Source of the DNA: Eledone cirrhosa
Taxonomy: Eukaryota
DNA: 64,000 nt
Direction: 5' to 3'
NCBI GenBank assembly: GCA_964016885.1
Contig: OZ024740.1
Location: 105,338,001 to 105,402,000 of the forward strand
The position numbers were made by a program, and so were the translations under genes. Below the pieces are notes generated by a model. That model was not told the DNA's origin. It saw nothing but the letters and a program-made list of their open reading frames with translations, and made no database searches. This document shows positions 11,197 to 24,100 of the stretch, piece after piece; position 1 is the first letter of the stretch, and every line of letters begins with the position of its first letter.

Positions 11197-13687
11197 CTAC
11201 TTTTGGCACAAGGCCAGCAATGATCCCAGTGCATTACTGGTACTTTATTTTATCAACCCCTAAGGATGAAAGGCAAAGTTAACCTCGGCGGGATTTGAAC
11301 TCAGATAATAAAATGTTATAGGAATACAAATAGAGCTTATAAGTTTAATTATACTTATTAATTGAAGTAACAACAATTAAAAGAATAACATTAATAGAAC
11401 ATATTAAGAAAAACAATACAAAAATTATAGAGGCTTAATTCCGTAATAAAAATATCAATCGCTAGAAGTTCTAGTTACTAAGAAACTAATAACCTAAACA
11501 ACTAAACCATAGCAAAGCCCAACACTAGGCAAATTGAAATAAACATAATATATGTATGATATGATGTGTCACATATACAATGGGACTTTGTATTTTAAAA
11601 TTATTTATAAAAAATTATTCTTTCTTTTTAACAAGTTTTTGTTATGCAGGCAGTACATAAAAGATACAAAGATTTAACAAGCAAAAGAATAAAATCTAAT
11701 AGGTGCAGCTATGGACCGACTGAGTTGAGTTTATTGAAAGAAATGTAGAACTGTTGTTTACTTAAGTCATAGTAATGTTATAGTAACGTTAAGTGTAGAG
11801 CAAGTGTACAAACAAGATATAAGAGTCCTGTTGTTCCTTGATAATACAACCCATTTTAATAGAGGCGAAAGGATTATTTTTAAAAGAAAAGATTATAAGT
11901 GTAAGGTAAGTTAAACATATTCACACACACACATATATATTTATATATATATATATACACATACACTCTCCGAAAACTAGGAATAGATCATATACACTTC
12001 AATGGGAAGTAGTATGTAGGGCCACATCGTATAAACCTCCGAATAAATTGTGTAACCTCTGTCTTCTAGAGACCCGTACTATAATCTTTTCGAAACTAGA
12101 CCTCCTAAATAGAAAATCAGATGTGTTTTCCCCATGCCAGCACCACTACCGACACTCGTTCCATACCTTTAAACCTAGCTGCTAGTATATAACAATGTCA
12201 GATTTGAATTCCTCACCTCTAGGACTTATCAGCCCCCACAGCAACACATTCTTTGATCAGCTCTTTCCTCTAGACAACTCCTATTTATCTCTAACCTTAT
12301 ACTCTACAATAACTATTAGAAATAAACATAAAGTTACCACCTTTTAATATAACTACTATAGCGTACATATATTATATACAGTAATGGATATATAATATGT
12401 AGAGACATTTAATGTAATATGTAATAATAAATTATATTTACATTTATAATTAAATATATAAATTAATATCATTGCATATAAGGGATTAACTTTTAACACA
12501 ATATAATGTATATTATTACACAAATGATTTAACTAATTGGACATATAAACAGCTATTCATTTTTCCATAACTTATATCTTGTCCAGTAATGAATAGATAA
12601 CAATCTAATGAGACCTTTAATGTATTATAGGAAAATAGACTGTATTTAAAATTAAGTATAAATATATAAAATTATGTAAAAGAGATTCACTTGTATCACA
12701 ATATAATGTGTATTAGAGCAAAGAATTTAAATAATTGATACTTTCCTGTATATTTTAATTTAATTTAATTAGCTAGTTACCTCCCCTTACGCATTAGCGC
12801 CCCTTAATCTTGGATCTCATACTCACTTCCGGAAATTAAACCGTTAGAAAAACTACCTGTTGAACAACTCTAATCCATGAATAAGAATACAATAAGACCA
12901 ATTTACAATCCATTGCTGTAACTAACTTAAAACAATCAATATAAACATTAACTAAAATATAATTTAACATATGTAATGGAAAAGACAACAATAACTTTGA
13001 TTTTCTCAACACACACACACATTCGAACACTATCATCACATTACATCCGCCATACATTTTTAATACACTAACACATTTGCTTGGTATTTTATGTGATACA
13101 TTTACCATACAGTATTTATTTATTTATTTATATATGCCTAATACCTTTGCTTGCTTCCTTATATATATGACTAACGCATGTGCACTCTCTACACGCTTGC
13201 ATATGTACTGCTAGTGTCCTCATTCTTTCTCAATGCTTCTTTCTCAATGCCTCTTTAATTATTAGACTATTCTCTTGTATTATCTGTCGCATGTATTCCA
13301 CTCTGTGCTTTTAATTTTAATTTGAATTTTTGTACAATTCTCGTATAATATATGACGCATCCATTACACCCTGTAAATACGAAACTGTTGTTCACAACAT
13401 CAATATATATGTATCTATATGATTGTTCAGTTGAATAGGAAGTTAATTATATGTACAAACATTGATAATGCTCCGATGATTCCAGACGAAAATTTGTAAG
13501 AAATGATTGTCAGCTATTAAATGATTTGAACATAACTTTGATAATTGTGTAATTTTATATTCCTGCTCTGTAAAACACTTGATGTTCTTATATTGAGCTA
13601 TTTCTCTTACTGGTAATAAGGTAGTAACAAATTACTGACCTTTCCTGTTTGTAGTTGTTTATAGTATATACATAACTATAAATAGTA

Positions 13688-13880
13688 TGGATTGGCAGTA
13701 TCAGTAGAGGGACGGACGCCATGCTTTGACGCAAAGAGTTACGTCCCTTTACGATCTGAGTTCAAATCCCGCCGAGGTTAACTTTGCCTTTCATCCTTAC
13801 GGGGTCGATAAAATAAAGTACCAGTAATGTACTGGGTATTTGCTGGCCTTGTGCCAAAAGTAGAAACAATTATTATTATT
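13688..13880 (+). mobile_element. tRNA-derived SINE, near full length
   Basis: ggattggcagtatcagtagag ... gagttcaaatcccgccgagg ... agaaacaattattattatt. Confidence 0.85.
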
Positions 13881-13905
13881 ATATAAATATATATATATAT
13901 ATAAA

Positions 13906-14010
13906 TATAAACGAAAGAAAATCAGTGATGCATCTGAACTCAATTTATTGTGTGTTATAACACGCAATAAATTGAGTTCAGATGCATCACTGATTTTTTT
14001 TCGTTTTATA
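13906..14010. repeat. Near-perfect ~100-bp palindrome (fold-back)
   Basis: aaacgaaagaaaatcagtgatgcatctgaactcaatttattg-tgtgttataacacg-caataaattgagttcagatgcatcactgattttttttcgttt. Confidence 0.9.
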
Positions 14011-14088
14011 TTATATCATACTCTGCCCTGTAAGAGCATATAGGGCTCAACCGGCATACCGCCTATAGAAGCACCTTAGCTACCATCA

Positions 14089-14247
<159 letters not shown>

Positions 14248-14309
14248 TTGTGTGTGTGTGTGTGTATAGGATAACTGCAATTCGATTTCGAATAATGCCA
14301 TCGCTTGAT

Positions 14310-14880
14310 ACTTAAGCACGAGTATCTTAGACCACATAGAACAATATGCAGGCGAAAGAGTGAGAAAAACGAGACGCTACTAGACCAAAAGATAGCAATA
14401 TAGTGAGGAGCACTGGGAAACCTCTCCATTAATTTTGAGGCAAGCCAGCATGCTCACAGCGTTACCTGGGGTGATGGCGAGGCTGAGGTGCTGGAACAAC
14501 CAAGTGCCCTCACGAGCATCAGCAGTTACCTCTGTTTGGCGAGCCGCCAGTGGAGATAAGAACCTCGCTGTCAGTAGCCAGACTCCCCCAAACGTGTCGA
14601 ACGTCACAGGCTGGATAATGTAGTTTGCTGACAGAACAAGGTATTTTAGGATTTGTTCCGTTCAGCTGCGGATGTTGTAGCACTCTCCCTTATTGCTGCA
14701 TCCAGAATGTGGGAAGAAACAAAAGAGTAACTAAATGTGACGTCCCAGGTAAGGCACCTGCCTCTTGACCAGGAGCACAGAGTAAGACAGTCAAGTCTTT
14801 TCCCATCAATTCTGGACAATCCAGACGGTTCCAAAATTGAGGGTATGTTTGCCGGGTCCAAAGCTCTTAAGTGGTAATAG
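14310..14880 (-). mobile_element. 3' fragment of a CRE-clade non-LTR retrotransposon (restriction-like endonuclease domain)
   Basis: LEPSGLSRIDGKRLDCLTLCSWSRGRCLTWDVT...FDTFGG...LFQHLSLAITPGNA resembles the CRE RLE motif series RPDG..W..G..WDVT..ETFG..QRLS..IQRGNA. Near-identical copies at 34280-34800 and 46030-46550. Confidence 0.75.
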
Positions 14881-15049
14881 GACATTGTATGTATGTGCGC
14901 GCGTGCGTGATTTTGTTGGCGTTCTTAAATTAGAGACATGTGTGTCACTGTTTTTAAGTTAGAGACATATATGTGTGTATCCCTTTCCTTTCTTGTACAC
15001 ACACATACATTCACACAAGCACACATACTCATTGCGTGATGGACGGGTG

Positions 15050-15700
15050 GACAGAAGTCCCTCAAATTTAAATACATGTGAATGTAGTTCTACTGAAGCA
15101 GTTAGAGAAGTTCAAGTATATTGGAGCCGTGTTCATGAGTGATGGAATGTAGGATGGTGAATTAAGTGCAAGATTTGCAAAAGCTGATGCAGTAAAGTGC
15201 CAGTCTCAGCATTCAGAAATCAGAAGAAGGGGGTAGGTATAAAAGCCAAACTCGCTGTCTTCCTGGTATTCCTGCCAACTCTTACCGAGGATCATGAATC
15301 CTGAGTAATAACCAAAAGAATACAATTGCAAATAAAAGCGGAATTGCTCCGAAGGGTCTTTGGAGTAACGTTACTCGATAAAGTGCATAACTCAGAAACC
15401 AGAGAGTCACTCCTGGTAGAGCCGTTACTTCTCCGAATTGAGAGATCACAACTCCGATATTATGAGCATGTAGTTAGAATGTCTCAGTAAAGAATCGCTG
15501 GACACATTTTACAGGCAAAACCAACCGGCAAGAGACCCAGAGGTAGACCCTGAGCAAGTTAGTTGGATAACATCCATGAGCTTAGGTTCCAGCTGGATCA
15601 GTTGGAGATGTTTGCTTCTGAGAGACTCGCTGGCAGGAGTGTTTGAGAAGGACTCTGCCTCTACGACCCTCTCAGAAATAAGTGGGCGAAGAAGATATTG
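15050..15700 (+). mobile_element. RTE-type LINE 3' fragment (pseudogenised)
   Basis: LKQLEKFKYIG..., IERSQLRYYEHVVRM, GKRPRGRP motifs with stops. Copies at 35070-35338 and 46740-47380. Confidence 0.75.
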
Positions 15701-15936
15701 TCAATTTACTTTTCAATTTACATATATATATTTCCGTATAATACCAATATGCACACTACATATGATAGCAGAAAACCGCTCGCGGGCGGTTTTTAAAAAC
15801 GGGAAGAAAAATTGATTTTCACATACATGTTCATTCAGAGCAGAGAGTTCATTTCTCTGTCCATCCTTCTCTGCTTATCACTTGGTTGTGACGTCACAAC
15901 CAAAGCTATAAGCAGACACACGTATATATATATGTA

Positions 15937-15969
<33 letters not shown>

Positions 15970-16424
15970 ATATATATATATCTATATATATCTATATATC
16001 TATATATATATACACACACATAAAATATATGAGAGTCCCGGGTTCAATCGGGGGTAACCACAGTAAGATACGACCTCTATCCATCATCAAAATCACCACA
16101 TTCCCTAACCAGCAGAAAACAAACACATGAATACAACTGTATTACAATGACAGTTGGCTTTCCTAATGATTTCTTTTGAATGAAACATTTCTAGTCCTGT
16201 AGAAGCCATTTCTATATTAAATTTGATGTACACAGACACACACCCACATTCACACACATATATATGCTAGTGTAGTTCCCGTCAAGGTGACAGGTTTTAA
16301 TAATTCCATGATTACAGTTACCTCCTCCTTCTTGTCACTCCGGCCATTTCTGTATTTCATTTTATATTTATTTAAATATATCACAACAGTTCTCATGCAT
16401 ATTTTCTTTAATCATTATCAAACA

Positions 16425-17147
16425 TTAGCAGAAAACCACCCTTCGGGTGGTTTTCTGCTAGCATGTGTAGTGTGTATATTGGTATTATACAGAAATATAT
16501 ATGCATGTAGATATGATACATCAAATAAAATCGTAATTGACAATATACACAGAAATTGAACGAAGTCTATGTTAAACTGTCTTTTGTAATCAGTAAAGTA
16601 ATCCATGATACATTAAAAAAGACGATATTATATATAAACTGCATTAGGAGAAAATTAGCGACAGAAATATATGCGATATTTTTATATGTGTTATAATATA
16701 ACAGCCGCTAACCGGAAGTGTTGACATTTGAAATTTTAAAGAAGTGAATCTTTAAATAAGCTATAACATATATTTAATCAACAGCCACGAAATTTAGCAC
16801 ATAAATTATGTAATATTCATTCATTATTTATTCAAAGTACCAGTAAAGTGCTGGGTAATTGCTGGCCCTGTGCCAAAAGTAGAAACAATTATTTATTCAA
16901 AGTGGCGGTGGATTGGCAGTATCGGTAGAGGGTCGGACGCCATGCTTTTCAACATAGAGTTACGGCCCTTTGTGGTCTGAGTTCAAATCCCGCCTTTCAT
17001 CCTTACGGGGTCGATAAAATAAAGTACCACTAATACATTGGGATAATTGCTGGCCTTGTGCCTAAAGTAGAAACAATTATTTATTCAAAGTAATCCAACT
17101 TATTTTACAAACGCTGTCCCGCACTCCTTTCTTTATTATAGTTAAGA
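16425..17147 (-). mobile_element. Non-autonomous Helitron (short form) with two nested SINE insertions
   Basis: Minus strand: A|TCTTAACTATAATAAAG 5' end. 3' hairpin GCAGAAAACCACCCGAAGGGTGGTTTTCTG followed by CTAA|T (CTRR, AT target, no TSD). Homologous to 33475+ and 44855-47478. Confidence 0.75.
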
Positions 17148-17199
17148 TACATCCACTAAATTACGATGACTTTTTCAGTCTATCTATCTATCTATCCCC

Positions 17200-17722
17200 C
17201 CCCCCCCAAAAAAAAAAACCGCCACCCTCCTTCAAAAACGAAGGAGAGGCGGTTTTCCTTTGTGTGATAGCTATGGCGAAAGAGATTGTATGATGGACGA
17301 GGTTAAAAGGGCTGAGGTCAGACACCTTTCTCTCTGGTCAACAACTGATTCTTTTTTTCAAATACTTTGGAAGAAGAATCAGGATGGAGAGAGAGGTGCT
17401 GTACCCCAGCAAGTTTTATGAAAGGTGGGTGAAAGTGGCGAGAATGACCCGAGTGAATGGGCCTTCTCTCTATATCAGCCTGTAGGTTGAGGAAAAAGAG
17501 GAAGAGAGGAAAGGGGTACAAACTCTTCGTACTTCTGGAGATGAGGGTTGCACATTTTTTTCGGGAGTATGTGCTACCCATATGAACTGTCTCCCCCTAT
17601 TGGGGAAAATCGAATAACTTTTAATTTACAATTGTGATAATATTTTACACGTTTTTATTGTATGTAAACTCCCCCCTTTGTAATTGTCCCCTTCTTTTGT
17701 GCCCCTGTGGCTAATAAAGAAA
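17200..17722 (+). mobile_element. 3' end of an L1/Tx1-like LINE
   Basis: Decayed C-terminal ORF2-like peptide (VIAMAKEIV*WTRLKG...RIRMEREVLYPSKFYERWVKVARM), then AATAAA and a (TATC)n tract. Confidence 0.6.
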
Positions 17723-17728
17723 CATATC

Positions 17729-17805
<77 letters not shown>

Positions 17806-18189
17806 GTCTGTCCGTTTGTATATCTGTCTGTCTGGACGCCTCTTTGCCTGTCTGTCTAGCTATCTTCGACAGCTATTGGGATTTGTACTTTGCTGTTGCT
17901 ACTGTTGTTCTAGCCCGAAGACAGATACCTTGGTAAATATACATATATAGATAATTAAAGATTGACAGCCAGACAGACAGGTAGCTAGACTAACTACACA
18001 GATTGAAAGATCGATATACATTTATTGTCAGAAAATAAATTGACACATAGATAACTGTTATTGGACCAGTTTGTTAACACCGGTATGAAGAGAGATTTAG
18101 GGAGGAATATATCAAATTGTCATTTCCAAAATAAATCTAGCACAAAGTGTTGTAACGGACAATTGCGTTTTATTATATTGATATATATG

Positions 18190-20430
18190 TTTCTGTGTCT
18201 ATACATGTGTATATGCAATTTTACATGCTGGATTTCTGAAATGTTTTACATATTTTTACAGTTCCATTTCTGGACTGTACTTGCAACTACCTAACTAGCC
18301 GTACTCTTTCTGGTTCTGTGAAGTCCAGTTTCTCAAGATGTTTTCTGAAGCAGTTAGTGACGTATTCCAGAGTTCCGATTATCACTGGTACGAATCTAAA
18401 AGAATAGTCAAGATGGAGTATCTGCAGATTCCTCATTAATTCAGCATAAATGTTCTCCTTTTCGTTAATCTTCAACATCATATTGGCATCGGCTGAGTAG
18501 TGGATTTCAACTACTGTGCATACCTTCTTTTCTCTGTCCCATATCACTGTGTCTGGCCTGTTATGTTTGCATTTTAGTGGGATTTTGTCTGGAACATATG
18601 TATGCATATGTCCTTCACATCACTGTAACATTTTATATGTTTATTCTCAGGATTATCCTTTCTTCGGATTGCATTGTATAGGGTTTGGCCACTATGTTAT
18701 GCCTCATAGGTAGATAGTATCGTGATGACATCGTGATGACATGTTGAACAGCTGCTTATGATATGGGTGACATCTTCGATATTTATTCAGCATTTGTTGT
18801 CATATCTAGGTGTTTTGCCTACAACCCTATCTCTTTTGTAGTAAAAGCATTTTATGTCACTCGATGTGGAATTTTCCGGTGCCGGACAGGGCTTTTCGGA
18901 TGTTAACATCAATGGCTCGGATCTCATCTAGCGTCCAGTCGAGTGTTGGTGTCAGTACAGGCACAGCAAAAACATTTGTGTGCCATTGATTTATTGTGCG
19001 CAGAGATTTCTGAATACCTCATTTTTCTTATTCGGGCGTTATATTCCCTAGTTACTCGTTCCTTGTTACAAATTCCATCATAGGATATATTTTCATCTAT
19101 CCCTAAGTATCTGTAGCAGTCCTTGTCAGACACTGGTGAAACAGTCAGGCCAATGATAGAGATGTTGCTAGATTGGTTTGTAGTTTTACCGCGCTTTACA
19201 ATCATATAGGAACATTTATCCTGGCCAAATTCCATTCCTATATCATTCGAGAACGTTATAACTAGGTCAAGGTTTGTCTTCATAACAATTTGTATTCTTT
19301 GCATACACTTTTAGGTCTTTCACAATGAATGTATGTGTTAGGTTTGTGTTTCTGGTTTCCTGTGAACCTATTATATATCCTTCATATTTCATCAACATAA
19401 AGAACAAGGGTTTTACTAACAGTATAAATAACCTCACAGAGAGACTGTCTCCTTGAAATATACCCCTGCAATATTCTATTTTATCAGTGACAATATAGTC
19501 CTTCTTTTTTTTATTTATTTAACTTCAGGATAGTGGCCCAGGAAGAAGATAAGTTCTCTATGACTCTGATAATGGTATTTGAGATTTTAGCAAGTCGAAA
19601 GCCCTCTATCATCCAAGAGTGGGGAACAAAATTTAATGTTTTCCTCTAGTTCAGCTAGACTGTAACTAAATCTCTCCCATGTCACCACGGTTTTGTTAAT
19701 TGGGAGTTCCTCAACACACATCCAAACTCCTTCCTTCCCGGTTACTTGTTCATCAGTGATGATATTATTATCACAGTGATCTTGGAGAAATAAGTTCAAG
19801 CAGACTGTGTACATTTTATACATTAGGTTCTGGAATGCAATAGGTAGGTTTTTTTTTTTTTTTTTTTTTTTTTTGGCCAAGAGGGTTTCTTTGTTTTGGG
19901 TGACCAATATTGTTTCTGCTAATGTCAACCAACTTGGTATATATATATATATATATACATCTCACTTAAGAGCTTGCTGGTAAACGTTGATAAGATACAT
20001 CCGATAGAAAGTAATTTTTTTTTGTTCCAGTATCTGACAATCAAGTCTCTTCTTGGTGCTTTCATATCTTGAAGTTTTCCTATCATAGTCTCAAGGGCAT
20101 CATTATTGATGTATATTTTTTGGTGTAATGCAGGGGCAATAGTTAATTCGGATCTCTTCCAATAACATTGTATCTTAGTTGAATTTCCTTTCCTCACCCC
20201 ATACATATTTTTACCAGAAGAAATCTATGTCTTTCTGGGATGGGACCACAGTGACATTTGTTGATTTGCTTTTTATATTTCTACAGACTAATGTTTGGTT
20301 TCGGCTGAATCTTTTATTCCTCAGTTTCCTTTAAGCTACTCCCTTCTTATATCGGAGTTTCTCGCTGACAACTCTCAGTTCTTGATTTTGATCAACTTGT
20401 ATCGAAGACTTCTGCTTGTACTGTAACCAT
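18190..20430 (-). mobile_element. Heavily decayed Dong/R4-clade LINE
   Basis: Fragments HNRPDTVIWD..E..YAEL (RLE), FSNDIGMEFGQDKC, YRYLG and AFQNLMYKMYT. Collinear with 21158-25200 but with deletions. Confidence 0.85.
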
Positions 20431-20842
20431 CTCTATTTTCACCAATATAATGCTTTACTGTTATTGCTACGATATCTAGACAGACGTTAACTTGCTAAAA
20501 TGTAGGGTCTTTAATTTGTCGTTAATATTCGTCTCCAGTTTTGTCGAGAGCGCGCAGAATTTCATTATTGGTTTCTTGTTTAATATTGTCGTTTTACGTC
20601 TATTTTTTTTTTGAGAGAGAGAGAAAGCTTTATATGCAGATTAATCTGTTTGGAAAGTTTCGTTAAGGATGTATTTTAATTATTTCCAAGCTAATTGTAG
20701 ACTTATTATCATTGATCTTATTTTGATGTTGGCGCTTAACTTGACTACGAGATATAGCAGTTGAGGTAAACTCTATTGTGGCTTGGCTGTTTGTTGCTGT
20801 CATGGCTGTTTGTTGCCGGTATGCCTGTTTCAAGAGATGCAC

Positions 20843-21158
20843 AGTGCCTTTGCTCACTATAAAAGCTTGACGGCACAGGCATTGCTTTATATCTAGAGAT
20901 CTCTCTGCATTTGTCGTCACATGGTACCATGGGCCCAGCACTATGTGTCAATAATTGTCACAAGTGTAGTGTTTGTACCAGAGTTTTCAAGTCGCTGGCT
21001 GGACTAAAAAGTCACACTCGTTCAGCGCATCGGTAGGGGTTCTCCTACATGGATATAAAGTAGTGGCCGTACTCGAAAACGAGTTGGCAGCCACCATGTA
21101 TGTATGTATGTATGTATGTATGTATGTATGTATGTATGTATGTATGTATGTATGTATG
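20843..21158 (+). mobile_element. RTE-derived 3' terminal fragment with (TATG)n tail
   Basis: Encodes a C2H2 finger-like CSVCTRVFKSLAGLKSH. Same sequence as 38026-38285 and 38860-39110 in the opposite orientation. Confidence 0.75.
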
Positions 21159-24100
21159 TTCTTCTGGTTTTATAATTTCACAAATGTTTGCCAATAGAGA
21201 GAGAGAGAGTCGGTTTCTAACATAGACACAAGACACAACATCAACTAGGTAGATATGTCTGCATGTTTGCATGCATGTGTATGCAGGTATGGATGTTGTT
21301 GTATGTGTGGATGTGTGTGTTTTGAGTTATGTGTGTGCATGTGTATATGCTTTGTATCTCTACATGTGTATATGCAGTTATTAGATGCAGAATTTTTGGA
21401 ATGCTTTACCTTTCCAGTAATGGATTGTACTTGTAATTTCCTAATTAGTTGTGTTCTCTCTGTTTCTGTGAAGCCCAGCTTCTCAAGATTTGTACTGAGG
21501 AAGTTACTAACACATCCCAATGCCCCAATAATCACAGGCATAAATCTGAAGGTATAGTCGGGATGGCGTATCTGTAGATTTCTCATTAGTTCTGCATGCA
21601 TAGATATTCTCATTTTTGCTAATCTTTAATATTATATTGGTATCTGCTCGGCAGCTAACTGCCACTACTGTGCATGCCTTCTTTTCCCTGTCTCATATCA
21701 TTATATCTGGTCTGTTATGCCTGAATTTTATTGAGGTTTTTACTGGAACATTCCACCAGTACTCTTTCATATTATGTACATGTATGTCTTCCACCTTGCT
21801 GTAGCTTTTAATGTATTTATTATCGGGGCTATCTTTTCTACGGATTGCGTTGTACAGTATTTTGGCCACTACATCATGCCTCATAGGTAGATAGTACTGT
21901 GATGAGATCTTTGGACAGCTGCTTATAACATGGGTGACATCTTCGATGTTAATTCTGCAGAGTCTGCACTTGTTATCACATCTAGGTGTTTTGCCTGCAT
22001 CCCTATCTCTTTTGTGAATCAGGTATTTTGTGTTGATTTCCTGTTCTTGGATTGCAAAAGCATATATTTCAAAGTGGGAGCCAATATAGCGGTTGTTGGT
22101 CCAAGATAGACTACTTTGCTTATCTATATTACTCTCACTCTGGAGCTTCCTGGCCACATATCCATGCATGATGTTTTGCTGATAAGCATGCAGTTTTTCA
22201 TCCATGGATTCACTGCGGTACTGCTGGTCAATTCCCCTGGGTGTGAGTTTTTGATTGTCATGCAGGGAGTATCTTTCAAGGAGTTCCTTTCCAACACTCA
22301 TGATCTTATCTGTCTCATGTAGATAGACTTGCTCAATAGATGGACTCCTACGCTTCGAGGTTCGTAAATGTTGTCGGAGGGATATGATGCGACACTCAAA
22401 TGCTGTCTGGCCTGATGATAGGCCTCTGCCCCCCTACTTCAAGTAAAGGCGGTCTACGTCACTGTTGAAGTGGAAGTTGCCAGTGTTGTTTAGAATTTTT
22501 CGAGTTTTAACATCAATTGCTCGGATTTTGTCTATCGTCCAATCGAGTATTCCAAACGTTGGTGTTAGGACAGATACAGCAAACACATTGTGAGCCACTG
22601 TTTTATTGTGCGCAGAGAGTTCCGATGACCATATTTTTCTTAATCGAGTGTAATATTCCCTTGTTACGCGTTCCTTATTACAAATACCATTATATGATAT
22701 ATTCTCATCTATCCCCGGGTATCTGTAGCAGTCCTCGTCAGATATCGGTGAAACAGTTAGGCCATTGATAAAAATGTTGCTATATTGGGTTGTAGTTTTT
22801 CCCCGCTTTACAGTCATATAAAAATATTTATCTTGGCCAAACTCCATTCCTATATTCTCTGAGAATGTTGTAACCAGGTCAAGATTTTTATTCATCCCAT
22901 CTATGTTCTTGACATAGAGTTTCAGGTCATCCACAAAGAAATTATGGGTTAAGTTCGTATTTCTGTCCTCCTGTGAGCCAATGCTTCGCATTTCTTGAGC
23001 AGAAAGGACAAGGGGTTTAATGACAGGATGAATAATATCACAGAGAGACTGTCTCCTTGAAATATACCTATGTGATATTCTTTTTTATCAGTGAAAATGG
23101 AGTCCTCCTTCTCTGTTTTTAACTTTAGGATCGTAGCCCAAGAAGAAGACAGCTTCTCTTTGGCTCTGGTAATAATGTCTGGACCTTTAGAAAGTCGGAG
23201 GGCCTCTATCATCCAAGAGTAGAGAACAGAATCAAAAGCTTTCCTGTAGTCCAGCCAGACTGTAGCTATATTCTTCCTATGTTGTCGCACCTCCGACATC
23301 GCAGTTTTATTGATTAGGAGTTGTTCAGCACACCCGCAAACACCTTTCTTTCCAGCTGATTGTTCGTCTGTGATGATGTTATTATTTTCACAGTGATCTT
23401 GGAGAAATAGGTTCAGGCAGGCTGTATACATCTTATACATCAGGTTCTGGCATGCAATGTGTCGGTAGTTTTTTTGCCAAGTGGATGTCTTTGTTCTTGG
23501 GGACCAGTATTGTTTGTGCTACCATTCTGGTATATGTGTATCTCCCTTGAGAACTTGTGGGTAGAGGTCGATAAGATACATCCGATAGAATATCAGTTTT
23601 TTCTACCAGTAGCCGAGAATCATGTCTCTTCCTCGTGTTTTCTTATCGTGGAGTTTTCCAATCACAGTCTCAAGGGTATCCTCATTTATTTCGTACGTTT
23701 TTGTTGTAGTGAAGGAGCAATTGTTCTTTTGGATTTCTTTAAGCCACACTGTATTCTGGTTGAAATTTTTCTTTTCAGCCCATATTTTTCTCCAGAAGGA
23801 ATTTATGTCTTTCTGGGATCGAGCCTCAGTGACATTTATTATTTTGCCCTTCATATCTCTATAGACTGATGTTTGTGTCTTCTGAATCTTTTATTAAATA
23901 CTTTTCTTTCATCTACCCGCCTCAGGTATCGGTGTTTCTCACTGACAGTTCTCAATTCTTGTTTGAGAGTTATCAGCTTATATTGAAGAGTTCTGGTTGC
24001 ACTGTCACCAAACATCGTTTCTATTTTATTTTTCACTCTTTGTTGGTGAGGAGTGAAGGTTTTTTGTCCTTGTTTGCATGTATAGAGCATTGTCACATAT

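Noticed and set aside
13688-13790. tRNA genes at SINE heads
   Set aside because: A/B-box-like motifs are present, but there is no cloverleaf and they are always followed by the SINE body.
16426-16460. Hairpin with a UUCG loop and T-run resembling a bacterial intrinsic terminator (also 15767-15795, 47443-47475)
   Set aside because: The context is eukaryotic, and its position just before CTRR|T identifies it as a Helitron 3' hairpin.
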